Assembly: GCA_003164215.1 (NCBI GenBank) | Contig: PLSR01000003.1 | Span: forward strand, 28,892 to 92,891 | Length of the DNA stretch: 64,000 nucleotides | DNA from: Candidatus Kaiserbacteria bacterium | Lineage (GTDB): Bacteria; Patescibacteriota; Minisyncoccia; Phycocordibacterales; UBA2100 | Direction of reading: 5' to 3' | In this document: piece after piece, positions 62,438-64,000 of the stretch | Layout of the letters: every line of letters starts with the position of its first letter | How positions within the stretch are numbered: position 1 is the stretch's first letter | Translations under genes and position numbers: made by a program | Notes under the pieces: generated by a model | The model's database searches: none | What the model was told of the DNA's origin: nothing | The model's input: the letters and a program-made list of their open reading frames with translations, nothing else

Positions 62438-63166
62438 TTATGAACTTTCGTTGATCCTAAAACGCATCAAATGCGTTAGTGCTTTATCTTTCACGCTGGC
62501 ATATTTCGGCGCTCGCTTCATTTGTGTTTCAGTTGGCATCATCGCCTTTTCTTCGATCAATTCGAGACCGGCCGCCTTTGCCGCCGCAGCATAGATCGCC
62601 AGTCGACGAACAATATCGGCAAGCGTACCGGATTCTCTCGTGACCGCTATCGCATATTGATCCTGGTCGATATCTTGTATCTCGATCCCGTATCCGTGCC
62701 GTGATGTCTTGAAATACTCGTAATCAGGAACGACTATGAGAACCTCTCCACCATCGGTGAGCATTGATCGTATCTTCTTGAAAGCCGCATCAAGGTCGGC
62801 GATATGCGGGAACGACATCACCGCAACGATCTCATCGAAAAGTTGGCCCGCATTATCGAATGCTTCGAGCGAACTCTTTACGAGTTCGACACCTGGATGA
62901 TCCTGCTGTCCTTGCGCAATATTTTTCTCCGACGGCTCGACCCCGATCGCGACCGCCGCGCCCTTTTCCAGCGCATGACTGACGAGCCACCCGGTCCCGG
63001 CTCCAATGTCAAGGACGGCCTTGTCCTTCCACAGTTCCGCATACGGTTCGAGATATTCCCAGAAAAAACCCGTGCGCGTGGATTCGGAACGACCTTCCTT
63101 GGCCCACTGGAGATCGCCAAGATCATACTGATCTTCTTTTGTTGCGCGCTGAAGCGGGGTCGTCAT
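62438..63166 (-). CDS. class I SAM-dependent methyltransferase
   Basis: VLDIGAGTG, IGVEPS, MSFPHIAD. Confidence 0.9.
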   Translation of the reverse strand: MTTPLQRATKEDQYDLGDLQWAKEGRSESTRTGFFWEYLEPYAELWKDKAVLDIGAGTGWLVSHALEKGAAVAIGVEPSEKNIAQGQQDHPGVELVKSSLEAFDNAGQLFDEIVAVMSFPHIADLDAAFKKIRSMLTDGGEVLIVVPDYEYFKTSRHGYGIEIQDIDQDQYAIAVTRESGTLADIVRRLAIYAAAAKAAGLELIEEKAMMPTETQMKRAPKYASVKDKALTHLMRFRINESS

Positions 63167-63190
63167 AATTGATATTCAATAAAAAAGCGA

Positions 63191-63697
63191 CTATTCTCGT
63201 TCTCTTTCGAAGATCTGATGCTCTTTATCTTCTTGTACGTTATCCCAAGGAAAAAGGTCACCGTTCATCGCAACGTATACGCCAGAATCAACCCGCAGAA
63301 GAGCTCCGATCGCAAACCCGACATTAAATGAGGCATCAGAATTCGGTTGACTGAACTGCACCATGGAGCCGACCAATATGATCGCCTTATTATGTTGTAT
63401 CTTCGGACCAAGATATTTCGAAGTTTCCGCCATCGTCGCAGTGCCGTGCGTAATGATGATCCGATCTTCTTGGCAAGAATTGCAGCGTTCGAGCATTAAC
63501 CCTCGATCAGCTTCGGTAATATCGAGTGAGTCCTTCTGCATTAATTCCTCCACGTTGATAGGTATTTGAACTCTCGCCTGATTTAAAATGTCCGGCATAT
63601 ACGAGCCGCGGGTAAAAACAGACTTCTTGATAAGGGAATCATAGAGCTCCGAATCAATGGTTCCGCCGGTCGTTATGATCCGTATTGAATCGCTCAT
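63191..63697 (-). CDS. short asparaginase-domain protein
   Basis: ITTGGTID, KDSLD, ITHGTATM, SDASFN. Confidence 0.85.
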   Translation of the reverse strand: MSDSIRIITTGGTIDSELYDSLIKKSVFTRGSYMPDILNQARVQIPINVEELMQKDSLDITEADRGLMLERCNSCQEDRIIITHGTATMAETSKYLGPKIQHNKAIILVGSMVQFSQPNSDASFNVGFAIGALLRVDSGVYVAMNGDLFPWDNVQEDKEHQIFERERE

Positions 63698-63704
63698 ATG
63701 GAAA

Positions 63705-64000
63705 TTATAGCAAGTCTTCCCGCTCGCGTACCTCCTGCTCATTCATCCCGAAATGGTGTGCGAATTCATGCCAGATGGTTTCGGCGACGACTTGTTCAAT
63801 AGGCATACTGTCTTCTTCGGCCGCCTCCTCGATCGGCAATTGATACAGGGTGATGGTATCGGGCATGACCATACCGATACCATATGATTCCCCGCGTTCT
63901 GACAGCGGTATTCCTTTGTATAAGCCGAGGAGCGTCTCATCCGCATCCAATCCCTGTGCTTTGCGCTCCTCCGCACTCGGCTCATCCTCTATTAATAGCG
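63705..64000 (-). CDS. zincin-like metallopeptidase (5-prime end probably beyond the window)
   Basis: LLGLYKGIPL, PDTITLYQLPI, HEFAHHFG. Confidence 0.85.
   Translation of the reverse strand, partial: LLIEDEPSAEERKAQGLDADETLLGLYKGIPLSERGESYGIGMVMPDTITLYQLPIEEAAEEDSMPIEQVVAETIWHEFAHHFGMNEQEVREREDLL

Overview
A 64-kb chromosomal segment, almost all on the minus strand, from a Patescibacteria/CPR bacterium. Gene content and order suggest Parcubacteria (inferred); TGA is used as a stop, so the code is standard. The housekeeping backbone is trpS, grpE-dnaK-dnaJ, infA-rpmJ-rpsM-rpsK-rpsD-rpoA-rplQ-rplM-rpsI, short alaS, an M16 peptidase pair, ung, mnmA, mltG, dnaB-recR, rplU, rmuC, tRNA-Ala(TGC), ddl, uvrB-murB-uvrA-uvrC, tgt, tyrS and cfa. 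Four things stand out. (1) A tightly coupled six-gene operon (HisC-like PLP enzyme, PaaK-like adenylating ligase, ThiF adenylyltransferase, nitroreductase, SAM methyltransferase, 7TM histidine kinase) sits directly ahead of trpS and looks like a small-molecule synthesis-and-sensing system. (2) REP/REPIN-like palindromes, plus a truncated REP-associated tyrosine transposase, occur between genes and also in frame inside uvrA, uvrB, uvrC and tgt. (3) An intergenic element resembles the alphaproteobacterial sRNA MmgR/suhB. (4) There is a complete cyoABCDE quinol oxidase operon. Also seen: a 125-bp MITE-like element, a GIY-YIG gene whose stop lies inside tRNA-Ala, and an amber-interrupted YcxB-like gene. 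All family assignments come from motif recognition by eye; no database searches were run.
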